NCBI GenBank assembly: GCA_046153645.1
Contig: JBJXGI010000063.1
Coordinates: 1 to 57,110 of the forward strand
DNA length: 57,110 nucleotides
Direction: 5' to 3'
DNA from: Elusimicrobiota bacterium
Lineage (GTDB): Bacteria > Elusimicrobiota > Elusimicrobia > F11
Part shown: piece after piece, positions 38,987 to 47,128 of the stretch
How positions within the stretch are numbered: the stretch's first letter is position 1
Layout: every line of letters begins with the position of its first letter
Notes under the pieces: model-generated
Told to the model about the DNA's origin: nothing
The model's input: only the letters and a program-made list of their open reading frames with translations
Databases searched by the model: none
Translations under genes and position numbers: made by a program

Positions 38987-39553
38987 TCAAGGCACCTTAA
39001 AACTGACGTCTACATCCTTTCGCTCTGCTTCGGTGACCTTAAACATTTCGCGTGGTTGCAGGTTCATATTGTTGGCCACGAGACTATCCGGGAAAGATTG
39101 GATACGAATGTTGTAATTATTGACGGATTCGTTATAAAATTCTCGACGATCAGCAATATCACTTTCCAGCTCCGAGACACGTTTTTGAAAGTTCTGAAAA
39201 TTAGTCTGCGCTTTCAAATCCGGATAGTTTTCGGACAGGGCAAAAAGTCTTCCCAAACTGGCGGTCAGCTCCCCTTCTTTGATCGCTTTTTCTCCCACAG
39301 TCCGCGCGCTGCTGGCGGCATTTCGAAGAGCAATAACCTCTGTTAATGTGCTCTTCTCGTACTGCATGTAAGCCTCGCAGGTCTTGATCAGTTTTGGAAT
39401 TTCATCGTGTCTCTGTTTCAACAAGACATCGATATTGCCCCACGCTTTATCAATGTTATTTTTGACTTCAACGAGGCCGTTATAAATTCCAATGAAATAT
39501 GCGATCCCGGCCACTGCGACGACCGCAACGATGATCAGGCCAATGGAAGCCAA
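38987..39553 (-). CDS. lemA: LemA family protein
   Basis: YNGLV...AWGNIDVLLKQRHDEIPKL, ENYPDLKA and RREFYNESV..YN. Confidence 0.95.
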   Translation of the reverse strand: MASIGLIIVAVVAVAGIAYFIGIYNGLVEVKNNIDKAWGNIDVLLKQRHDEIPKLIKTCEAYMQYEKSTLTEVIALRNAASSARTVGEKAIKEGELTASLGRLFALSENYPDLKAQTNFQNFQKRVSELESDIADRREFYNESVNNYNIRIQSFPDSLVANNMNLQPREMFKVTEAERKDVDVSFKVP

Positions 39554-39790
39554 AACAATTGAGATCGACGCTCAGATCAGCCAACGGAAGCGCGCGGTTT
39601 ACGATGTGGACGCTATTCAGGGCGCACTTCACCGCTTTGCGCGTTTCATCTACAAGATCCCCATTCAGTTGCAGATTTATGCGCTCCGCATTTTGATCAA
39701 ACGAGTGGCCATTACGCGAGACAAAATTGGCGTAGAGCTACACGAGTTGCCAGTGGGGGCGCTTCAGTTGGCGTTGGATGAGAGGTGTTG
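39549..39790 (+). pseudogene. C-terminal remnant of a large serine recombinase
   Basis: Reads KTIEIDAQISQRKR...LRILIKRVAITRDKIGVEL, the coiled-coil plus R.LI.RV...I tail typical of LSR C-termini; no N-terminus; points at the tRNA 3' end. Confidence 0.55.
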
Positions 39791-39833
39791 GACGAAACCG
39801 AAAGGCCACGTTGCTATGAAGCAGGTTGAAAAA

Positions 39834-39860
39834 CTGGATTCCCGCTTTCGCGGGAATGAC
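39834..39860. repeat. REP/dRS3-like palindrome
   Basis: CTGGATTCCCGCTTTCGCGGGAATGAC (ATTCCC-N8-GGGAAT). Confidence 0.7.
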
Positions 39861-39944
39861 GGCGTTGGCGATAACAACTTTGTTGGAGAGCCACCTTCTC
39901 CGCAACCTACGTTCCGAACAGCGGTTCGTAAATTGGGGGTAAAG

Positions 39945-40034
39945 TGGCGGAGAGGGTGGGATTCGAACCCACGAGAGTCTTACGACCCTACACGCTTTCG
40001 AGGCGAGCGCTTTCAACCACTCAGCCACCTCTCC
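39945..40034 (-). tRNA. tRNA-Ser(CGA)
   Basis: Reverse complement gives GGAGAGG...CTCGC-CTCGAAA-GCGTG, long variable arm, GGTTCGAATCC and CCA. Confidence 0.96.
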
Positions 40035-40111
40035 ATAAAACACCTTAAATTAAAATAATTAAAGTTTTATGGCCCTCGTTGCAGCTTAACAAGGGCCACC
40101 ATAAATTCAGC

Positions 40112-40138
40112 TTCCCGCTAACAACATGCGGGAATGAC
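40112..40138. repeat. Second, degenerate REP/dRS3-like palindrome
   Basis: TTCCCGC-N9-GCGGGAATGAC just downstream of smpB. Confidence 0.5.
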
Positions 40139-40142
40139 GACT

Positions 40143-40634
40143 TCACTTTATCTTCTGTTTCCCTGCAAATTGTTTCTGCATTTCTCTGTTAATGGTTCTG
40201 CGCTTAATATCTTCTCTTCGATCGGGACCAGTCTTTCCTTTTCCCAAAGCCAACAAAACTTTAGCAAAACCTCGTTTATTAAAATAAACCTCAAGCGGAA
40301 TAACAGTTAAACCTTTAATGGTTGTTTTTCCCATCCATTTTTTTATTTCATTTTTATTCATCAACAACCGGCGAACGCGCGTGGGTTCTTGATGAACGTG
40401 CAATGACCCCATTGAGTAAGGAGAAATATGAACATTCCATAAATAAGGAATTTCATTTTCAATACGACAAAAACCATCTTGCAAATTGATATTCCCTGCT
40501 CGAATGGATTTCACTTCGGGCCCGGACAACTGCACCCCCGCTTCACATGTTTCAAGGATCTCATATTTCGCATGTGCCCGCCGATTGGTAGCAACTATTT
40601 TTTTTTCAGGTTTTTCTTTACTGTCATTTTTCAT
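40143..40634 (-). CDS. smpB: SsrA-binding protein
   Basis: NRRA...YEILETCEAGVQLSGPEVKSIR and ALGKGK...DRRE. Confidence 0.97.
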   Translation of the reverse strand: MKNDSKEKPEKKIVATNRRAHAKYEILETCEAGVQLSGPEVKSIRAGNINLQDGFCRIENEIPYLWNVHISPYSMGSLHVHQEPTRVRRLLMNKNEIKKWMGKTTIKGLTVIPLEVYFNKRGFAKVLLALGKGKTGPDRREDIKRRTINREMQKQFAGKQKIK

Positions 40635-40648
40635 AATAATTAAAAATT

Positions 40649-40897
40649 CTAATTTCGATATTCTTGTTCGATCGTGGCAACAACAGCTTTAACATCTCTC
40701 ATTTTAAATATTTGTTCGGGTTTTAATTCAATAGAAAATTCATCTTCAAGAGCTTCTATTAAAACCATATGCCGCAAAGAATCCCAATTCGAAATAGTAT
40801 CTTGAGATGAAGTCTCTAAAATATCACTCTCATTCAAATTAAATACTCGAATCATCACAGATTTAACTTTTAAACCTACCTTGGTTTCCAACATCAT
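40649..40897 (-). CDS. Acyl carrier protein
   Basis: WDSLRH phosphopantetheine site, LEDEFSIE. Confidence 0.9.
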   Translation of the reverse strand: MMLETKVGLKVKSVMIRVFNLNESDILETSSQDTISNWDSLRHMVLIEALEDEFSIELKPEQIFKMRDVKAVVATIEQEYRN

Positions 40898-42675
40898 TTC
40901 TCCTCAATAATTTTTATATAGCTAATATTAGATACAACACGATCACGCTCACTCAACTCATATAAAATCTCTCGCTCTTTGATAGAAATGGGGCGAAACC
41001 CAAACCGGGGCCAAAATGATTTACATTGTTGGTTTTTTTCAGTTCGAATAAAAGAAGCTTGCCACTGACTAACTCCCCAGACTGTTTTAGCCAATTTAAA
41101 ACAGTGATCAGCAAACGCCATTTCAAGGTTTCTCCCCAATATTCGGCAACTCATAAGAAAACTATCTACTATTGCAACGTTATTTATTTTTTTTATGATA
41201 CACACACCCGTAAGCCCCAATTGACCAAATTTATCCTCAACACTCATAGTCAAAATCATCGAATCTGGAGATTGCGCTATTTGCTCGATTTCGCCCACAG
41301 AATATCGCCTGGTTGTTAAGTTAAATTGATTGGTTTTCTGAGTTAACTGAGAAACTCTATCAAGATCTGACGATACGGCAGTGTGAATTTCAACTTTTAT
41401 CGATAGAGAAATAAGATAATCTTCAACACCCTTAAAATTATCAGCACTTTTTTTTCTTTGATCTTCCTCTTTATAAAGCTGGGTACGAATAAGATCTTCC
41501 GCTGTTGCCGCCAAATGATCAAACAATCCACTTTCTGATAGGAGCTGAGGATACTGATGAAGCTTTTCTGGCACCTGTAAGACTGTAACTTCAGGAGCAT
41601 TTTTATTAATTAATTCACATTCAAATGAACTGTCATCAACAAAAACGATACTGTCTAATCCGATATTTAACTCTTTAGCGATATCCAATAAATTCTTAAG
41701 CTTTGAATCCCAATTAATTTTCCAAATAGCCAAATCTTTCTTTTTAATTAGAGAATTGGGATGATTTTCTAAAACCTCCATCACATCACTCTCATTATTC
41801 TTACTACACAATCCCAATATAATACCCCTATCTACCAGTCTCAAAAGTGATTTTTGAAATTCATAGTAAACTTTCCCAGGATAATCATGCCGGTCTAATT
41901 GAATTTTTTGAAGACCATCTTCCCCTAAAATGCCTCCCCACAACGTATTATCGCAATCCAGAATAACACACTTTTTTGATCTCCCTTTCAAAGCAACCAA
42001 AACCTTATTAATCTCTTCAGAAAATTTATTTAAAAAAGATTTTTTAAATGGCGCTTTGGATGTATACCAATCCCGATAATTAAGAGAAGCTTCTCTTCCT
42101 TGGCGACTTAGAATTATATTCCAATCAATAAATACAACTCGCCGGCCAAATTTTTTACATAAATTTTTTAAAAAATTATTTATCTCATCAACAACATCCA
42201 CAACTTCTAAATGATTCCCCTGAGTACTGCCAATAGAAAAATTAAACGGCCTCAGAAAACTATTAACAACCAGCGTTGCACTGGTAAGATTCATCACTTC
42301 ATTTATTATTTTTTCAATTTCTTCTTTTTCATTCTTTCCATTCCACTCAGGCATCCCATAAGAAGAAGTCATTTCCTCAAGCATGAGAGTTAGAACAACC
42401 AAATCAGTTTTTTGATTTGCTACTTCTCCTCCTAAAATCTCTTGGTGGAAAGTTCCGTAACCACCAAATTTAATATTGGTTTTTAGTCCAGACTGGTAAG
42501 CGTGAAATTTCAAAAATGGTTCAATATTTTCTAGGGTGTAATTTCGGAGAAAAAAAATATTGAGATCTTCTTTTTTTAATTCTGTTTTCTGATCACATTC
42601 TTGGATCGCGGAAATCAATGAGGGAAAACTATTCAAATCAACACTTTTAAGAATAGTTGCAATTTCACTAGACAT
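40894..42675 (-). CDS. fkbH: FkbH-like HAD-IIIC glyceryl transferase/phosphatase
   Basis: KKCVILDCDNTLWGG, SKNNE, VFVDDS, QLTQKTNQFNLTT and FLMSCRILGR. Confidence 0.93.
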   Translation of the reverse strand: MSSEIATILKSVDLNSFPSLISAIQECDQKTELKKEDLNIFFLRNYTLENIEPFLKFHAYQSGLKTNIKFGGYGTFHQEILGGEVANQKTDLVVLTLMLEEMTSSYGMPEWNGKNEKEEIEKIINEVMNLTSATLVVNSFLRPFNFSIGSTQGNHLEVVDVVDEINNFLKNLCKKFGRRVVFIDWNIILSRQGREASLNYRDWYTSKAPFKKSFLNKFSEEINKVLVALKGRSKKCVILDCDNTLWGGILGEDGLQKIQLDRHDYPGKVYYEFQKSLLRLVDRGIILGLCSKNNESDVMEVLENHPNSLIKKKDLAIWKINWDSKLKNLLDIAKELNIGLDSIVFVDDSSFECELINKNAPEVTVLQVPEKLHQYPQLLSESGLFDHLAATAEDLIRTQLYKEEDQRKKSADNFKGVEDYLISLSIKVEIHTAVSSDLDRVSQLTQKTNQFNLTTRRYSVGEIEQIAQSPDSMILTMSVEDKFGQLGLTGVCIIKKINNVAIVDSFLMSCRILGRNLEMAFADHCFKLAKTVWGVSQWQASFIRTEKNQQCKSFWPRFGFRPISIKEREILYELSERDRVVSNISYIKIIEEK

Positions 42676-42686
42676 AAGAGAAATTT

Positions 42687-43283
42687 TTACGACTTAACCA
42701 AAGACCCATATTTTTCTTTTCGATTAAACATGCATCTTGCAGGATTCCCCACCATAACCGAGTATGGAGGAATATCACCTGAAACAACCGCGCCCGCAGA
42801 GATAACCGATCCCGAACCAATTTTTGTTCCCGAAAGCAAAATAGCTCCTGCACCAATCCACACATCGTTTTCAATGACAATGCTATATTCTCGATTATTA
42901 TAATTCACCACCAATGATTTTAGACCTTGCTTTCGCATTGGCATTGTGAGGTCTTCAATTCCGTGATTAACCCCTTGTAGGGAAACCTGTTTAGAGATCA
43001 TAACATCATCCCCGATATAAATTCCCCTAGATGAATTCGCAACAATGTTGGTACCTGGGCCAATTGCAACATCAGATCCAATTTCGACAAGGTCTGGAGA
43101 AAAAATAATTGCTCTCGCACGAATAACGAAATTTGGACCGCACTTTTTTAGCAATAATTTCCAGTAAGCACGTCTAAAAAAAGAACTCAAATAAATATCA
43201 GGGTACTCACCAACAATATAGGTAATGAAAGAGCATAGCTTACTGTGTATATATATACTCTTTAGCTTCGAGAGGATATTCAT
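42687..43283 (-). CDS. Hexapeptide-repeat (LbH) O-acyltransferase
   Basis: IVIENDVWIGAGAILLSGTKIGSGSVISAGAVV...GNPAR; start moved to ATG 43283 because the upstream extension is the tRNA. Confidence 0.92.
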   Translation of the reverse strand: MNILSKLKSIYIHSKLCSFITYIVGEYPDIYLSSFFRRAYWKLLLKKCGPNFVIRARAIIFSPDLVEIGSDVAIGPGTNIVANSSRGIYIGDDVMISKQVSLQGVNHGIEDLTMPMRKQGLKSLVVNYNNREYSIVIENDVWIGAGAILLSGTKIGSGSVISAGAVVSGDIPPYSVMVGNPARCMFNRKEKYGSLVKS

Positions 43284-43312
43284 TTCTAGTTGTTCCTCAT
43301 AATAATTATAAA

Positions 43313-43395
43313 TGCGCAGGACGGGATTTGAACCCACAAGGGCTTTCGCCCACCAGCTTCTGAGACTGGCGTGTCTGCCATTCCACCACCTGCGC
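43313..43395 (-). tRNA. tRNA-Leu(CAG)
   Basis: GCGCAGG acceptor, GGAATGG D-loop, CCAGT-CTCAGAA-GCTGG, GCGAAAGC variable arm. Confidence 0.96.
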
Positions 43396-43409
43396 AAAAA
43401 GTTGAAGCA

Positions 43410-43862
43410 TTATTTTTGTTGAGCAGAAAAATTCAATTTGGCCTCAATATTTTCTTGAGCTTTCGCAGCTGGAATATGAGGATGAGGACCTCGTTGCGCA
43501 GCTTTCAACTCATTAATAGCTTCCAAATGTTTGCCTTGACCGGAAAGCGCCATTCCTTTCCAATAATAGGCTTCTGCTGACATAGGATTTCGGTCTAATG
43601 CTTTTTGAGCTGCGGATATTGTTTTTTTTAAGTTTTTTTCATGATACTCAACTTCGGCTAAGAAAACCCAGGGAGTTGAAGCTTTAGGATCTTTATCTTG
43701 CCATGATTTAATGGCTTTTCGAGCTTGAGTAAAGTTTTCTCCATCAATAAAAGTACGAATCGTATTTCCATCTTGTACACCAGAATTGGCATTGAGTGGT
43801 GCAAAAGAGACACCAAAATAAAAAAAAGAAATAAAAAGTAATAATGAATAATGTTTTTTCAT
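43410..43862 (-). CDS. Secreted TPR protein
   Basis: Signal peptide; TPR NPMSAEAYYWKGMAL. Confidence 0.8.
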   Translation of the reverse strand: MKKHYSLLLFISFFYFGVSFAPLNANSGVQDGNTIRTFIDGENFTQARKAIKSWQDKDPKASTPWVFLAEVEYHEKNLKKTISAAQKALDRNPMSAEAYYWKGMALSGQGKHLEAINELKAAQRGPHPHIPAAKAQENIEAKLNFSAQQK

Positions 43863-43905
43863 AATTGAATTATAGCAAGTCAGAGTCTCGAAGGTTGAGG
43901 AAGCT

Positions 43906-45012
43906 TTAAGGGTTTTTTGAATTTTCTTTTAAGATAAGGTGACGACAAGCAGTAATAGTACGGCGACTCACATGAAGTGAATAGTTTTCTGCTAAATGAT
44001 GCGCCAACTGTAGATCAGTCCATTTTTGATTATTTTCGTGTAACGTTTTATCGAGTGCAACAAGCACCACTCTTCTTTGCCCAGGCATTAAATCTGTTAT
44101 TAAAACCTCTTTATCCCAAGGTAATAACACACTTTTGAGCGCCAGCACTCGACTTAATGTACTGGGAGAAAAATGGAGATCTTTGGCACCTTTTCTTAAA
44201 GAGATAGGGGATAATTTGGTTTCATCTTTAGAATCAAAATAGGCTTTTTGAGCTTTTAATATGAAATCAGTCACTTGCCAAAAAGCCCCTTGCTTCATAT
44301 TAGAAAGTTCAAGAACTCCAATATATTTTCTTAATCGAGCAGCTTCACTTCGATTGAGGCCCTTGTTTTTTTGCCAGCGTTTAAGGGCATCTCGATCAAT
44401 TTCATACATGCCACGCGCCAAATGTGGTGAAAAAAAAGACATTGAATAAGTTCCGTCCACGTTGGGAATAATTTTACCCACCATTTGTGGGCGAGCCAGA
44501 TCATTACTCTCAAGCGCGGAGGGATGATAAAATTCGGCCTGTACGGAAACATCTAAAATAAGATCCTGAATTTCCTTGGTTTCTGACATAGATAAGTGAC
44601 AAACCTCGGCAATGTTTTCTAATGACTCGCCTTCTTCACGATAAAGAAAAAATTTCTCAAAGTTATCTTGCCCAATTTTTTGAATTAGTTTAAGTAAATG
44701 TATTTTTTGATTAAGAATGGTTTCTGGGGCACTGCCATGCCCTCCAGCAACATTGGTTTCTTGGTTGTCATAAAATTGACTGGCCAATTTAGTTTGACCA
44801 AAACGCTTAAAGCGAATAACCTTTTTTCCTTCTGATTTTCCACTTAATAAATCCTGAAAAAGAGGATCTCTTTCAATATCACCAATAAGCCGTGCCCATT
44901 GAGATTCTGGAAGTTGAATAGCCTGGGCCATTTTAACGCGCCCAACCAAAACAGTGCGAATAGCATTTTGAGGAGAAACAGATTGCTTAAGATGAATTCG
45001 AGGATCAGACAT
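43906..45012 (-). CDS. rpoN: Divergent, shortened sigma-54 (RpoN)-like protein
   Basis: Region I-like MAQAIQLP...IERDPLF; QKAYF...LSPISL...A..L...STLSR HTH; RpoN-box-like TDLQLA...VSRRTITACR; 368 aa. Confidence 0.75.
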   Translation of the reverse strand: MSDPRIHLKQSVSPQNAIRTVLVGRVKMAQAIQLPESQWARLIGDIERDPLFQDLLSGKSEGKKVIRFKRFGQTKLASQFYDNQETNVAGGHGSAPETILNQKIHLLKLIQKIGQDNFEKFFLYREEGESLENIAEVCHLSMSETKEIQDLILDVSVQAEFYHPSALESNDLARPQMVGKIIPNVDGTYSMSFFSPHLARGMYEIDRDALKRWQKNKGLNRSEAARLRKYIGVLELSNMKQGAFWQVTDFILKAQKAYFDSKDETKLSPISLRKGAKDLHFSPSTLSRVLALKSVLLPWDKEVLITDLMPGQRRVVLVALDKTLHENNQKWTDLQLAHHLAENYSLHVSRRTITACRHLILKENSKNP

Positions 45013-45022
45013 AGATATTATA

Positions 45023-45038
45023 TGCAACAGAAGTGCCA
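45023..45038 (-). promoter_or_regulatory. Sigma-54 -24/-12 site upstream of the rpoN-like gene
   Basis: Minus strand TGGCAC-TTCTG-TTGCA (GG-N10-GC); the predicted +1 falls on the A of ATG 45012. Confidence 0.75.
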
Positions 45039-45098
45039 GAAAATCAAGAGAAAAAATGGTGTCCTCGGCAGGATTCGAACCTGCGACCCACAGCTTAG

Positions 45099-45706
45099 CG
45101 TACCACATCTAATTCCTTAGATCAGGAAATTTCTTTCCTGTTGTGGTCTGGACTATATCTTAGGCATTTCAGCCCTTGGGCGTATAGTCTCTACGGAACC
45201 TCGAGAAAATCAGAAGCCAAATGAACTTTTTTACTCTGATTATTTCTCGACGCCTTTACCCTCAAGTTAAGTGATTTTCTAAACCTCTTTGGATCAAAGT
45301 AATAACATTGATCCGTTTCGGGGCAATACAAACAATATAAGTCAATCTTGGATTTATCAATATGTTTGGTATGGACACCATACTTATCAGACCATGAAGA
45401 TCTAAAAAATACAGGCATACAACCATTCTTATTCATTGACCGATACTTCACTTGCACCGTTTTGAAGGAGCTATCTTTATAAATCACCAAATCAAACTCA
45501 GCATGTTCAGTTAATGGTTTTAAAACCATAAAACCTTGCGTGGCCAAGTCCGCTTGAGCCTTCAAGACGCCTATGTCACCTTTATCTTTTGTGTGATGCT
45601 TCATGAGTGACCTACAGTTTCCTCGGTGTTGTCCATTTTTGGGAGTTTCACCGATATAGCCCAATCCACCATTTAGGTTTGTTTCCCTACATGGGCTCCT
45701 AGATTG
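45099..45706 (-). ncRNA. Group I self-splicing intron (IC3-like), 608 nt
   Basis: U at the 5' splice site paired to G in P1 (CUUC/GGAG); terminal G; P3 UUGGGC/GCCCAA; P4 UCGGUG/CACCGA; R GUAGAGACUA; S AAGAUAUAGUCC; P9 ACCACA/UGUGGU. Confidence 0.93.
45191..45604 (-). CDS. Intron-encoded PD-(D/E)XK homing endonuclease (I-Ssp6803I/PDDEXK_5-like)
   Basis: MKHHTKDKGDIG...L...G..V..P.....FDLV...VQVK...IDLYCLYCPETDQCY; lies in P6 of the intron. Confidence 0.9.
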   Translation of the reverse strand: MKHHTKDKGDIGVLKAQADLATQGFMVLKPLTEHAEFDLVIYKDSSFKTVQVKYRSMNKNGCMPVFFRSSWSDKYGVHTKHIDKSKIDLYCLYCPETDQCYYFDPKRFRKSLNLRVKASRNNQSKKVHLASDFLEVP

Positions 45707-45758
45707 AAGGCTGTTGCTCTTCCAGCTGAGCTACGAGGACGATTGAAACAAAGCTATT

Positions 45759-46382
45759 CTAGTTTAAATTTTTAAAAAGTTCTCGGACGTTTTTTGGGAT
45801 CTGTTTAAAAGCAAGGGCACGGTGACTTATTTTGTTCTTTAAACTGGCTGACATTTCAGCAAAGGTTTTTTTATATTGGGGAACCCAAAACACGGGATCG
45901 TAACCAAAACCTTGACGTCCCGATATGTTTTCAGCAATGAACCCTCGAATCTCTCCCTTGGCAAGAATTGTTTTTCCGCTCGGAGTTGCCAGAGCAGCCA
46001 CGCATCGAAAACTGGCGGTTCGTTTCTGAAAGGGTGTTTTATTTAGTTTTTTTAGAACCTTCTCATTATTATCCTGAAATGAACAACCAGGGCCTGCAAA
46101 ACGAGCAGAATAAACTCCGGGCGCCCCTTTTAACGCATCAATAAAAAGACCCGTATCATCTGATAAAGAGAGACATCTAGTTTGTTTTGCCACTTCAATA
46201 GCTTTTTTCTTCGCATTTCCTTCGATTGTTTTCTTGTTTTCAACAACGGGTTTTCGTTTTGGAAAATCAGCTAAAGTCAAAACTTTCAATGAGAGTCCTG
46301 CTTTCTTCAAAATACTTTTAATTTCTGTGACTTTATGTTTATTATTCGTCGCCAAAACAATTCGATCTAAAGGAAAACTCAT
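45759..46382 (-). CDS. rdgB: dITP/XTP pyrophosphatase
   Basis: ATNNKHK, DDTGL..DAL.GAPGVYSARF, GFGYDPVF and KNKISHR. Confidence 0.96.
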   Translation of the reverse strand: MSFPLDRIVLATNNKHKVTEIKSILKKAGLSLKVLTLADFPKRKPVVENKKTIEGNAKKKAIEVAKQTRCLSLSDDTGLFIDALKGAPGVYSARFAGPGCSFQDNNEKVLKKLNKTPFQKRTASFRCVAALATPSGKTILAKGEIRGFIAENISGRQGFGYDPVFWVPQYKKTFAEMSASLKNKISHRALAFKQIPKNVRELFKNLN

Positions 46383-47089
46383 TTTTTGACTCCCAGAACT
46401 TTCTTTTGTTCTTTCGTAATTTGAGAAATTCCTTTCTTTGCTAAATCAATCATTTGTTCAAATTGTTTCATCGAAAAAGGTTTTTCTTCCGCGGTTCCTT
46501 GCACTTCTATTAATTCACCGTGAGATGTCATGACCACATTCACATCCGCTTGAGCGTCTTTATCTTCGTTATAACTCATATCAAGGAAAACTTTGTTTTT
46601 ATAAAGCCCCACTGACACTGCACCGATAAAATCTCTTATTGGCCATTCACTGATAAGTCCTGCTTTAAAAATTTTTTGTATGGCTAAATGGAGCGCCACA
46701 AACCCACCATTAATAGATGCCGTCCGCGTTCCCCCATCGGCTCGAATGACATCGCAATCAATCGTGATCGTTCGGTTTCCCAAGAGTTTTAAATCAACGG
46801 CTGATCTAAGAGACCTCCCAACCAATCGAGAAATTTCTTGTGCCCGTCCACCCGTTGAACATTTTTGGCGTGAACTTCTCTGTTGTCCCGATCTTGGTAA
46901 CATGGCGTATTCTGCGCTCACCCAACCTATTCCTTTTTCTATCGCATGGGGAGGCGCTTTTTCTTCAACGGTAGCAACACAGAGCACTTGCGTTTGACCC
47001 ATTTTGACCAAACAAGAACCTTCCGCATGGGGTAAAAACGATTTTTTGAAAGATAAGAGACGAAGTGAATTGTGCGATTTATTTATCAT
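46379..47089 (-). CDS. rph: Ribonuclease PH
   Basis: HAEGS, GWVSAEYAMLP, EISRLVGRSLR, DCDV..ADGGTRTASI and EVQGTAE. Confidence 0.97.
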   Translation of the reverse strand: MINKSHNSLRLLSFKKSFLPHAEGSCLVKMGQTQVLCVATVEEKAPPHAIEKGIGWVSAEYAMLPRSGQQRSSRQKCSTGGRAQEISRLVGRSLRSAVDLKLLGNRTITIDCDVIRADGGTRTASINGGFVALHLAIQKIFKAGLISEWPIRDFIGAVSVGLYKNKVFLDMSYNEDKDAQADVNVVMTSHGELIEVQGTAEEKPFSMKQFEQMIDLAKKGISQITKEQKKVLGVKK

Positions 47090-47128
47090 AGGCAATGAGT
47101 ATACAATCACTTCTTCCCACAAGAAAAG

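Larger units (their letters stand above)
35700..39944. mobile_element. Decayed genomic island at the 3' end of tRNA-Ser(CGA)
   Basis: Visibly higher GC than the flanks; carries a TA pair, lemA/GIDE and a recombinase C-terminal remnant next to the tRNA 3' end. Left boundary is approximate. Confidence 0.75.
45057..45740 (-). tRNA. tRNA-Arg(UCU) interrupted by a group I intron between positions 34 and 35
   Basis: 5' exon 45740-45707 (34 nt, ends ACAGCCTT) plus 3' exon 45098-45057 (CTAAGCTGT...GAGGACACCA) gives a 76-nt cloverleaf with ACAGC-CTTCTAA-GCTGT. Confidence 0.93.

Noticed and set aside
39492..40058. 188-aa ORF as an intact gene, and the opposite ORF 39738-40043
   Set aside because: Chimera of antisense lemA, a recombinase remnant, a palindrome and tRNA-Ser sequence
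43284..43397. N-terminal extension of the acyltransferase ORF
   Set aside because: It is tRNA-Leu sequence. The extensions on the rpoN-like (45013-45108), endonuclease (45605-45664), amtB (49061-49165) and tadA (56869-56931) ORFs are likewise RNA elements.
45095..45712. Alternative intron position 36/37, as in tRNA-Arg(CCU) introns
   Set aside because: The 5' side reads CCTTCAAT, not CCTTCT. Only the 34/35 split gives an exon ending in U, an intron ending in G and a 7-nt loop.
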